Positions 37,815 to 49,545 of a stretch of DNA of 64,000 nt are shown piece after piece (within the stretch, counting starts at the first letter, position 1; every line of letters begins with the position of its first letter). The stretch covers positions 22,568,001 to 22,632,000 of the forward strand of contig CM097885.1 in the NCBI GenBank assembly GCA_044892525.1, written 5' to 3'. A program made the position numbers and the translations under genes. Source of the stretch: Schmidtea polychroa (lineage: Eukaryota). The notes under the pieces are model-generated. The model saw only the letters and a program-made list of their open reading frames with translations, had not been told where the DNA came from and made no database searches.

Positions 37815-39278
37815 ATGTCTAAATCATCTAAACACTCTCCAGGTTTTTCATTTTTAACTAATTAAAATAATTTTTTCCTTTTATAGGTTATAAAAAAGAT
37901 GGATTTGTGATAAAATCACAAGGAATTAAAATTGATAGTTCGAAGTAAAATTATTTTAAAACTTAATAACGTTTACTTTAATTAAAGAATTAAATTTTCA
38001 CACGATGATATTGATATGCGAGAAAAGGATATTTTAGATGTTGATAATTCTGGATTCACATCCAAGTCATTTAGATCCGTTAGACCATCATCCAAGGTAA
38101 ATTAGAATTGGATTTTACTTTTTTTACAAATATGAGAAAATAGTTTTAAATATAAAAAAGACTAGTTTCTAAATTAATTTACCTTTCTCAAAATTTAACA
38201 TCTTATAAATATATCAAAAATTTCTATAATATCATTTTATTATTTTCATAATATTTAATAACTCAATCGATAAATTAAAAAAAATATTAAAAGTATAATA
38301 AAATATTTTTTATATAGTTTTATGAATTTTTAATTTAAATAACTTATTTCCTATTCGATATCCGGATAATAGTTAATCTATAAAATTTTTTAAAAATATA
38401 AATTAAAAATTATTTAATATATTTTATTTTTAATAGATTGTTAAAATATTTAAATTGTATATTTCGATTATAAAACACCATGCATATTGGATTCAATCTT
38501 TAATTTCCTATTCGATATCCTGTTAATAAATAATGTCGAATAATTGGAATAAGGAACCCTGTTGTAAATATTATAATAAACATATTTTATTAATTAAAAA
38601 AATAATATTTAATTTAATTAACCAATTACCACTCGATTATTAAAATAAAATTGAAAATATAAAAAATTTATTTTTTAAAAAATTGTTTAATTTAATTATT
38701 TTAATGAAATTTAAAATAATTAGAATTATAAATTTTTGATTATTTTATGAATTATTAATCTATATAATTTTAAAATCTATAAATTATTTTTAAAAATATA
38801 AATTAAAAATTATTTAATATATTTTATTTTTTATAGATTGCTAAAATAAAATAATAATAAATTATTTTTTGAAAAGCACTCGATTATTTAAATTAAATCG
38901 AAAAAATAAAAAATTTATTTTTTAAAAAATTGTTTAATTTAATTATTTCAAAAAATTTAAAAAATTATAAAGAATTTAAATTACATATTTTTGATTATTA
39001 AAAGTGCAATAATCCGCGATCTCGATTTATTTCTGTCATGTTCAGAAATTCAAATCAAATTACTCCATGAAAGAATCGACTGTCACAACTGAGAATGGCA
39101 GCATAACCGAAGAAAATAGAATTAAATTTATTCAATATTTGGATTCATTACCCTCACTCCTTCATCCTACCGTAAGGAATGTCACGTCTTTTATTTATCT
39201 AATGGTTTTGATTTTCAGTTGAAGAAAGACAGCGAAACTGCTTGGAAAGAATGGCAATTCTGTGTTCATAAATTTTAA
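37815..39278 (+). CDS. Hypothetical protein, 126 aa, 5 exons
   Basis: Exons 37815-37842, 37887-37944, 37988-38096, 39046-39171, 39219-39278 all splice in phase (introns 44, 43, 949, 47 bp). No recognised family. Confidence 0.55.
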
Positions 39279-39936
39279 TAAAATTTTCGTTTTCTTCACT
39301 TTTCAATATTGGATTTATGCAATTTCTATTTATTTATAAAGGAATCCCTAAAATAACCTGAATTTGCAATTTTTATTACACAAATAATATTTTTTTATGA
39401 TATTGAATTATTTAAAACAATCAATAAAATATATATTGATGATTTGAATTTATTATCTATTTTTTGTAGTCCATTAATGCATTTTATAACTTTTAAGGTA
39501 TATTTTTATGTCTTGATTTTGTTAGATATATTTTATTTTTATTAAATGAAGAAAGCCTATTTTAGAAGAATATTGAATCCGATGATAAATGGTAGCGGTT
39601 CCAGTTCAATAGGTTTTATGATATAGATTTATGTTATCCGTGCCATTCCTGATCCAGAAGGTGACGGTTAATCGAAGTTTTAATGTACTATAATAGAAAC
39701 GTATGTTAGGCTGAATAAATCATGCAGATAAATAATGAAACTATGGGTAGAGACCCGAATAAAATAATTAAAATCAGTAAAAAAAAATCTTCAATTATTA
39801 GGAATAATAGATCGAGATAACATAACATAAAAAACGCCTGACGTTATTAATCAGGTATATAGAAAATATAAGAAAATAAAAGTAAAATACCAACAATTAA
39901 AACAAAATAAAATGGACTAATCAAATGGCTTGGAAA

Positions 39937-42169
39937 TTCCAGTAAAACAGCTGTTTTTTTGTCTTAATCGGAAAACATTAAACAGCTGTTTTTTCGAAGC
40001 TGTTTATACTGTTTTTTAACGATCCTTTTTCAATTTTTTTAAAAAGAATTTAATATTATAATATAACTTACAAAAGTCAATATTTAATTGATATTGTTGA
40101 TAAATATTTGTTTGATTATTTATATACTAACAAACTTCTAAAAACATAATTTTATATTTCACCCATGTCTTCAGTTTGGGATTATGCTATAAAACGAAAA
40201 AATGTGTTAAAAAAGGTGCTTGAAGGTCAATGCAAGCGATGTAATAAAGTTATAACTTGTTCTGGCAATTCTACAACAACTTTAAAAAATCATCTCAAAA
40301 CCCATGGCATCGACATGGAAAAGCCAACAGTTAGTGCATCGAAAGAAGATACAATATCAGAGAAGAGAACAAAATCAATTTCAGATTTTCTAGTTAAAAA
40401 ATCTCTCAAAGAAATAGTATCAGATCTTGCTACTGATGGTATAACTATTAGAGCTATTACAAGAAATAATTACATCAGACAATCTATTACTCGCGATGGT
40501 CTTAAACTTCCTATCAATGAACGCGATGTCATGAAACTGATTATTGAAGATTTTTTAGAGAAAAAAGCTAAAATGATAACACTTGTTAAACAAAAGATTG
40601 ATTCTGGAACCAAATTTTCAATGACAGTTGATGAATACACAACAATTAGAGGTAGACGCTTTTTTGGTGTTAACATACATACTAGTGACGATAAAATGAC
40701 AATGAAAACTGGCCTTGTTCGAATTTTTGGTTCTTGCACAGCAGAAGTTATGATAAATGCAATGAAAGAACATTTAGCCGATTTTGGAATTGATATGAAT
40801 AAGGATATTGTTGGATCTACTCAAGACGGAGCAGCAATTAACAAGAAATTTATTCAATTGCTAGATATTATAGGTCAGTTTTGTTTAAATCATGCTATTC
40901 ATTTGGGAGTTTGTGATACTTTGTATAAGAAAAAAAGTATTGATGAAGAAAAGTCGTATTGGAATAACGATGAGATTGAAGATACAGAATGCTATGATGA
41001 TTGCCTTGGTTTATCAAATGATATTGATATTGAGAATGTTGATTTGAACTATCACGATCTGCTTCAAACATCTCGAAAACTTGTCAAATTTATAAAGAAC
41101 TCAACAGTTCGCAATAATGTTTTCCTAACAAAAAACAAAGCTTTGACAGGCCGCAACAATGAATTATATCTGGATATTAAGACGCGTTGGAATTCAATTC
41201 CTACCATGTTGGATTCAATTATAAAATCAGAATTGGCTATTCGAGAAACGTTAACTGAATTTAATGCAATATATCAAATAGATTCTGTTGATTTTGATGC
41301 TCTTAATAATCTTCTTTGTGCTATGGAACCGATTAAACTTGCTGTTGAACGCTTAAGTCAAGATGATGCGACATTAGTAAGTGCTGAAATAATTTTAGAG
41401 TTTATGTTCAAGAAACTTTCGATGATTAATAGTGAAATAAGTCAAGATCTGCATGATAACTTAAAGCAACGAATCGATGAAAGAATAAATAAAGATGTTA
41501 TGAATCTTTTGAAAAGTCTCAAAGATTCATCAGTTGTTCCATCAGAAACAACATTAACATTTGCTAGACGTTTAGCTTCACGCATATTTGATTTTGATGA
41601 TGGCGATGATATACGTGGTTCTACCCAAGAAGAATTTGAAAACACCAATCTTTCGCTAAAAGAAGAACTTAATATGCTTTTATATATGGATCAAACCCCG
41701 AAAGTACTTGGAGTAGATTTTAAATGGCTTAAGTCAGAATTCACTTTGTATAAGAATACTGGACAACGTACGGAAAATCTTCAAAAACTTTACAATGCAC
41801 TTCTTAGCATCAAACCAACATCGACTGACATTGAGCGTGTATTCTCAATTTGCACAAATTTTTGCACTAAAATTAGATCACGCTTATCAGATGATGCTCT
41901 TAAAGCTTTGGTTTTCTTGAAATTTTACTATAAAAAATAAATAAGTTTTCTGATGTTATATGAATTAAGTTGTTATAAAAGATAATAAATATTTTCCAAG
42001 ATATTAATAAATTGAAAAAAAATAAATATATACATTTTCAGTATTTTTTAAATATTAAAATTATGGGAAAATTGAAAAAACAGTAAAAACAGCTAATATC
42101 AGCTGTTTTTTCGAAAATAAAAAACAGTAACAGCTGTTTTTTGAAAACCGCTGTTTTTGTAAAACCCTA
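39937..42169 (+). mobile_element. hAT (Ac/BED type) transposon; right TIR intact, left TIR not evident
   Basis: Right end AAAACCCTA; clusters of AACAGCTGTTTT subterminal repeats at both ends; encloses the 591-aa ORF. Confidence 0.8.
40165..41940 (+). CDS. BED-finger hAT transposase, 591 aa, intact
   Basis: VWDY..C..C....LKNHLKTH (BED finger), SMTVDEYT, STQDGA, CLNHAIHL, KTRWNS, PTSTDIERVFS, RSRLSD. Confidence 0.93.
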   Translation: MSSVWDYAIKRKNVLKKVLEGQCKRCNKVITCSGNSTTTLKNHLKTHGIDMEKPTVSASKEDTISEKRTKSISDFLVKKSLKEIVSDLATDGITIRAITRNNYIRQSITRDGLKLPINERDVMKLIIEDFLEKKAKMITLVKQKIDSGTKFSMTVDEYTTIRGRRFFGVNIHTSDDKMTMKTGLVRIFGSCTAEVMINAMKEHLADFGIDMNKDIVGSTQDGAAINKKFIQLLDIIGQFCLNHAIHLGVCDTLYKKKSIDEEKSYWNNDEIEDTECYDDCLGLSNDIDIENVDLNYHDLLQTSRKLVKFIKNSTVRNNVFLTKNKALTGRNNELYLDIKTRWNSIPTMLDSIIKSELAIRETLTEFNAIYQIDSVDFDALNNLLCAMEPIKLAVERLSQDDATLVSAEIILEFMFKKLSMINSEISQDLHDNLKQRIDERINKDVMNLLKSLKDSSVVPSETTLTFARRLASRIFDFDDGDDIRGSTQEEFENTNLSLKEELNMLLYMDQTPKVLGVDFKWLKSEFTLYKNTGQRTENLQKLYNALLSIKPTSTDIERVFSICTNFCTKIRSRLSDDALKALVFLKFYYKK

Positions 42170-42374
42170 CTTGGAATTTAAATCGAAAATAAAAAAAATT
42201 ATATTGATCGAAACGCATAGGCGTGATAAACCCTTCATTGAATCACAAAGCATTTCATTTCAACTTTGTCTTCATTTTATTATTATTATTCGCTCGATTC
42301 GTTAAGATTTTTTCACTTTTGTATGTAAATGTAAATTTTTTTATTTGTTATAAAGTTCACATGGAAAAATATTA

Positions 42375-42990
42375 CTGTAAAATCCCGAGTATAAGCTGCA
42401 GATGACATTTTTATAAAAATGTATTTTTTAGTCGTATAAACCGCAGCACGTATAAGCTGCACCATTTGCGTTGAAAACACATGATTTTAAAATCAGCAAC
42501 CTATCATTAAAAACAAATTTCACCGTGACAATAACCATTTTGTTTTAATCGTTTACATTGTTTATTGCACTGTTTTGAATCCTTGATTAAAATGGATAAC
42601 GATTCTGAACAAAAACAAAAGAAACAACGAAGATCTTTTAGTTCAGCAAAGAAAAAAGAAGTTATTGAATTAGCTCGTCAGTTAGGAAACATACGGGAGG
42701 TTGCAAGACGATATGATATTAATGAAACTGTTATTCTACGATGGATCGCCCAAGAGTCTGCTGTCAAAGCAATAATTTCGAAAAGTTTCAGTCGGTGCCA
42801 AGACTCCTTTAAAAATATTCATAAAATTGTTATTGAGTATTTGACAACACTAGAAATGAGAATTATTCATTACTTCCTAAATTTAAATATAAAAAATTTG
42901 ATTGGGTTCGTAATCCATTTGTGATAACGGATACGTCTGTATATGAATTAACTTTGAATGAAGCTTTGTAATAATCGAGATTTAATTTCA
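42375..42990 (+). mobile_element. pogo-like relic with Brinker-type DNA-binding N-terminus
   Basis: TA|CTGTAAAATCCCGAGTATAAGC terminus; RRSFSSAKKKEVIELA...NIREVARRYDINE..IL.W. Confidence 0.65.
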
Positions 42991-43041
42991 AAACATTCGA
43001 AGAAGTCAAATAATTCATTTTAGATTTACATTAGATATGAC

Positions 43042-43803
43042 TAGGGTTTGTCGGTTTTGAAAAACCGGTTTTTAGCTAATTTTTTTGTAAAATTCGAAAA
43101 CCGGGTTTTAAACTGAAAATAACTTGATATAAAATATTAAGAATATTTCATTTGATTTTTAGACCAAAATGAATGGGGCAAATAAGTCGGAGGTATGGGA
43201 TAATTTCTAAAAGATGGAAAATGACAAAGTATGCTGCAATCATTGTAAAAAATAATGAGCTGCAAAGGATCATCTACGAGTAATCTCCACAATCATTTGA
43301 AAGTAGTTCATCAAATGATACTGCACAAGAAATCAGAAACGAATCAAACGACCGATAAACAAGAAACCCCTGGACCCTCATCCTGTCCACAAAAACAAGC
43401 CAGTATTTTTAATTTTGTGAAAAGGAGCAGTTTGGAAGAAATAATTGCAAAAATTTTATAACAGAATTTATAACAGAATCTTTACAACAAAGAGGATATT
43501 CATTACCAAAAAACAACTGTCGAGTAATGAATCTCATTTAAACGTTTTATGAATATGCCAAACGTGAAACCGTAAATGAATTTGATTGTAGTATTAAGCA
43601 GTATAGGGAAAAATTTTCTATAACTGTAGATGAGTGGACTAGCAAAAGAAATCGCAGATATTTGAATATAAATGTACACCATTTAGCGAAAAATTTAAAT
43701 TTGGAATTAGCTTCAATAGCTAGTTCCTGCGATACTAAGAAAACATTAGAATTAGTTTCCGAGAAGCTACAAAATTTTAACTTAGATCTAGCAACCGATA
43801 AAG
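43042..43803 (+). mobile_element. 5' relic of a second BED-hAT element related to 40165-41940
   Basis: TAGGGTTTG terminus, a disrupted BED finger (CNHC..SCKGSSTSNLHNHL) and TVDEWTSKRNRRYLNINVH; truncated. Confidence 0.8.
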
Positions 43804-44732
43804 TTTATTTATTTATATAGTTTATTAGTCATTTTAATTGAATACATTGAATTCAGTTACTTAATATATAGAATCTTTATCATCGTTAGTCAGTCGCTTG
43901 ACTACGTTCCGAAATTTATCAATTTGTAAATCCATTGCCAAATCCCAGAAGTCAACTCTCAAAAGACTTAAGACCTTCTATCGATCGCATAAAATCTCTG
44001 ATGGGTGTCAAGCAGAGTAAATTTAACAACAAAGCTCACCTTTCAGCTCACATCCAGCTATTGTATACAGAACCAACATGGTCTGTCACCTTGGGTATAC
44101 AAGTTAGTTCGACTATAATGAGAGAAAGAGCCAGCGGCATGACAATGGAGTAACAAAAGCAAGCAAAAATTCAGTACCACGAGCTAAACGGGATATCAGA
44201 GAAACATTTCCATATAAATACAAAAATTTGATTCTGAAAAGACTGAAAAGAAGACAATAAAATATTTTTTTTTTCTAGCTGGGCTACCCGGCATCGCTCG
44301 GGCACATAAGTCATATATTAAATTGCTGTTTTACTAAATGCACTTGAATTTTCAAAAGTAATTATACATCGTAAACATATATTACATTTTGAACAGACTT
44401 AACCTAAGAATTTTAAAGGAGCAAAGTGATAATAAAGATTTATAAGGATTTTTATATTGGATTCAATTTAAAAATTTCCTTATTTAGAAATTGTAACAAA
44501 CATTCATACATCCAATATTGATAATTTATAAGCAATTTATTAAATCTATAAATTTTTATATTATAAATAATAATTAAAAATTTAAAATGTAGTATTTCCT
44601 TGGTTCAAAAAATAACAAAACTAGTTTTTAATAATAATTTTAAAATAATAACGATTTATAAGGAATTTTATATTGAATTCAATTTAAAAATTTCCGTATT
44701 TAGAAATTGCAACAAACATTCATACATACAAT

Positions 44733-45170
44733 CAGGCCCCAAGAAGCAATTACATGGCCTAGGCAGAGCATTTCATGGGTCCCTAAACAATGGTTAATCG
44801 CACAACGCATAAAACAGCAAATGACGTTTTATTTGACGTAGTGGCATGTAGGCCGTGGGTGTGTTCTATCGTACAGAAATGATACGCATGGTTTCAGTTT
44901 CAGTAATCATGGTTAGTTAATATAACAGTTTTTAATTTCAGCATTAAAAAACTCAAAACTTTATTTAGTTTATTTTTGAATACTGATACCGATGTTGATC
45001 TAACTATTTGTTGATGTTCGTTCAATTTATTCTGATGGAATTCAGATGCTTGAACTTTAAACTGATTGTAGTCAAGTCAACTTAAGTGTCAGTAATATTA
45101 TATTTAAATACATAACAAATCGAACCCGGCCCCTGGGGATTTGCACTCCCTATCACTCTCGATGGGCCTG
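44733..45170. mobile_element. hAT MITE (438 bp)
   Basis: CAGGCCC...GGGCCTG termini with perfect 8-bp TSD CATACAAT (44725-44732 and 45171-45178). Confidence 0.92.
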
Positions 45171-46722
45171 CATACAATATTGATAATTTATAACCAAATT
45201 ATTAAATCTATAAATTTTTAAATTATAAATAATAATTTTAAATAATTATTTTCAAATTATATATTTTAATATAAATTTAAAATGTAATATTTTCTTAGTT
45301 TAAGAAATAACAAAACCAGTTTTTAATTTTAATTTCTTATTTCTTATACAAACCAATTCTTTATATTTATTTAAACTTGTTCAAATGATCCCGTAACGAT
45401 CTTCATCCGCCAAAAATATTCAGCTGACAAGATGGAATCAAAATAAATATCGATTGTGAACCTAAAACCGGTGGAAAGAGCACAGAATGATAATCAATGA
45501 AAAATAATAATTTGAATAAATACAAATATGTTAGGATTCAAATCGAATATGTATTATGAAAAAATATGCTTAATAATTCAATTTTGAATGATAAAAATTA
45601 ATTCAATTGAAAAATCACTTTCAAAATTGTGTAATATCGATCCTATACAAATTAAATACCCCTCGAATCTATTTAATAACAGCGTCTGAATGATTTGAAA
45701 TATCATCAGAATCCTCATCAAATCTCGAAAAAATATCACAATTAGCAATTTTCCGTTTCTGGACGTTGTACTCCCGCAAAGCTACGTGGCTCTCAGAGGG
45801 GTTAGTTTCTGAAAGGTTTGCAATAATAAATTAGATAAAATCCGTCACATCGTTGCAATTACCATCGTTTTCATTTAGCGAATTTTTGGAAGAAACATAG
45901 GTAATTTTGATGCGTTTATTTTCATCAATACTAGGCACTTTATCAATGGATTTGAACGATGTGAACAAATCCAAAGCTTCGGTAACTTTGGAATTATTTC
46001 GACTAAGTCTTTTAATTTCTCGGTTTTCATTATTTTCAAGTGGAAGAATAGATTTCTGATCAGGCACGTGAGATGAATGCCGCCTGGAATAGGGAAATAA
46101 ATGCAAGATTAAAAGTGATACAGCTTTTTATGAGAATCAACAAGATAAACAAGATAATCAAATTTTATTAATTACTAGCTATAACCCTGTTGGGGTTAGC
46201 CTCGTTAAAAACAATAGCCATAGGGCCTAATCTGTAAATAATAATTATCATAAATAAATAATTACTATAAATATAAATATTATAAAAATAGCATAAATTA
46301 ATTACTATTATTAAGATAAATACTAAATGTAGTAATTTATAATATATATTATTTATAAATAGTAATTATTAAATCTAAAAGTACCAAATAAGTTAATATA
46401 TCAAGAAGAATAATAGTCATTTGGAGAGACAATAAATAACGCTTCAATCAGTATTGATTAAAAAGCAATAATAGATTGGTCACCAAAAGAGATTAGAGAG
46501 AAAAAGGAAAACCAATTTGGTTAAAGCTAAAATCATTAACGATTAAAAGCAATTCTCCAACGCGAAATAAGACCAGCTGTGACAGGAGTAATAATTACCA
46601 GCTGCCGACTAGATTTAGTATAAAAGAGATTTCCTGAACAGAGAAAAGTAAAATAGCTAAGTTACCACTAGATGTGAAAGAAAATTCAACCGATTCTAAC
46701 CTTTAAGGTTAATAAATCTATT

Positions 46723-47218
46723 TGTTGGGTATTTGTACAAGTCGGTATCACTGTCTGACTCTTTCGTGTCCCTTGAAAATAAGTTAAACGCCCAACACAA
46801 AATCTTTATTCGAGACTAATACAAATACACTTTTGTTACACTTTTTACTGATTCCACCACACTTGATACAATCCCTTTTTGCACCTTTCAATACCACTGG
46901 AAATCTTACGAAGGGATGAATCTTCCAATGGGAGATTTCCCTTTCTAGTACGCTCGATTTAAATTATCCAATTGATACTAACTTCACAGCTTTCCTAGTT
47001 ACTCTTGCTAAATTTCTCGTTTCCTTTTCTTCGACCAACTGGCGGCTATTTCACTTCTGAGCTCTCATTTTATACTGTTCATAAGAAGCCAATTATCTAG
47101 AAAATTGCGCTAACTTATCTCCTCGGGAATCCTAAATCAATATTTTTGGGTTTCTAATTGGTTTACCCTTGATTTTCCATGGGCTCGGGCTTCCCATTGG
47201 CTCGGGTTTTCCATTACC
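46723..47218 (-). repeat. Candidate solo LTR (about 500 bp)
   Basis: Left end similar to the reverse complement of 380-493, right end similar to 35330-35360. No TSD recognised. Confidence 0.45.
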
Positions 47219-48144
47219 GATTAATTAAAATTTGCCTTGTTGGTGATTTAAATTAAGCATTATTCCATAATCACTCATTCACATATATACATAGAGAATT
47301 ATATATTTAGATGTTATATTTTTAAGTCAATATGAAACGGTTTTTTGTTACTATTTTCTCTAATATTACATAATTATCCAATATGGAAAATTTACAATTT
47401 TATAACTTTGTATTAAATGTAGAAAATTTGTAGATAAGAGAGAGACCTGACAAAGTAGCAGATGAAGAAAGATGCCGTAAACTGAGCAGCTTATACTTAT
47501 TACATAGGAGAACGAAATATGTAATCATTATATCTACCTGTTATTTAAAATTTGTTTTATCTTTCAGATTCCATATTATGTTTTAAGTGAACCCAAACTG
47601 TCAAAAAACTAATGTATCATCCTAAACCTAGCTCTCCAACTATTATGTTATGTTATCCGTTTCCCTTAATGTCACTGTTTTTTCACCGATGGCAGCAGTG
47701 ATGCTGTGAGCCTCTTGTGTTGATCTATGATCGTTTGTAATCATAAAAGATAATCGATCGACTTTGTTATTTTTCCTTAATTTTCCTTAAAAATACAGTT
47801 TATAAATTGCATTGTCATAAGTTAATGGGTCTCATGAAGAATTTCTTTGTGAAAGAAACGTTTCTTTGAGATCTTCTTGCCTCACATTGTCCAATAATTC
47901 GACCTCTTAAAAAACCTGACAGTTCACTGGCACCTAGAGTGCGTGGGATGATTAACACAAGTGTGAAAACACGTAGAAATAAGCTCTGTTATATAGCCAA
48001 TTGGAAGATACTAACCAATCATAATTAAATCTCGCACAACGACTAACGATTGGGCGGTGTAATTTTGATATTTTAAGTTTAATGTAGTTCTAGTAACGTG
48101 ATGTTACTAATGATTTTAAGCATTTTTTCTAATTTACGGGGTGT

Positions 48145-48309
48145 NNNNNNNNNNNNNNNNNNNNNNNNNNNNNNNNNNNNNNNNNNNNNNNNNNNNNNNN
48201 NNNNNNNNNNNNNNNNNNNNNNNNNNNNNNNNNNNNNNNNNNNNNNNNNNNNNNNNNNNNNNNNNNNNNNNNNNNNNNNNNNNNNNNNNNNNNNNNNNNN
48301 NNNNNNNNN
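48145..48309. other. Assembly gap
   Basis: N run. Confidence 1.
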
Positions 48310-48758
48310 CAACATCAAATGTCAGTGGGAATATTGGAATATTATTGCCCACAAGTTCCTTCAGTTCATTTTTTTCATCAGCCGATTCGATCGAACTTTT
48401 ACAGATATATTCTAATAATTTAAAGTTTTCCTGTGCTGCTTTATTTCCATCGCAAGTTTTTTTTGTCAGGAGAAGTTTCTTTAATAATGAAGTAGACGCA
48501 CAATGAGACCAATAATACGATAATAACAAATACATTTAAAGTTAGTCCAATAATTAAATGAATTATATTATCGTTGCTTAATTTGCAAATGTTGCATCGG
48601 TACCCAATTGTAGAATCCAACAATTCCAAACAGAAGTAGATAAAATGCCTGGCAGATCATTGTAACAATCAAAATATGCAGCTATATCTTCAATATACAT
48701 ATTAAATAGTCCGTCCAGAATAATAAGAAAAATAATGGAACAATTCTAAGAACTTTTT

Positions 48759-48812
<54 letters not shown>

Positions 48813-49545
48813 GAGAGCTTGAAACTATAAATCAGTAATATATCGATGTTTGTTGATACTCACGAATTTTCGGTACTGCCTTTTTCAAGTGAATTTCCCC
48901 AATTGTCATATCTTCTCCAATAATCAATATACCGACGAAAGCACGAATACTTGATCTGGAGATTGCATGGAGATTGCATGGAGATTGTTGGATATCTTGA
49001 CCATCACCAGAGAGATCATTGATAATAAGACGAAGGTTTCTGTTTCTTGAATTTCTGGCATAATTGATTTATTGATTTTGACTCGATTTGACGATTGCGA
49101 AGTTAAATAATTCATTGTTTCTTTTTAAATTGAATTTGATGATTTTTTTTGGAAAAAGACGAGATTTTTTAAACAATGGTATTAATAATATATTTTTAGT
49201 TCAATTATTAAATTGATAAAAGTGGGAGTTATATATATATTTCAAATAATTCACTGCGAAACTTCAATAAGATAAAAAGCAGATTTTATTTCTTGACCAA
49301 TCTAATAACTATCAAAAAAAATAAGAAACATTTAACGGTGATTAAGTGGATTTTCAAAACTGTGGCCACTTTCAAATATATAATAAAACAAATAAAACAA
49401 TTACAAAAAATTTAGAAATCTCACCTTTGCAGTCTTCTCTTTTCACCGAATTCCACAGTAGTTTGATTAACAATTTTCCAAACCAAATTATTCACATCAA
49501 AGCCTTAAAAGTCAATAGAAATATAACGATGGTAAAATTCAAGGA

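Noticed and set aside
45831-46106. Minus-strand 91-aa ORF as a further RhoGAP exon
   Set aside because: Plausibly coding, but has no recognisable motif and no phase-consistent link to the other exons.
48441-48629. GYRCNICK as a C1 domain belonging to the RhoGAP
   Set aside because: It lies downstream of the GAP domain, lacks the other C1 ligands, and no supporting splice pattern was found.
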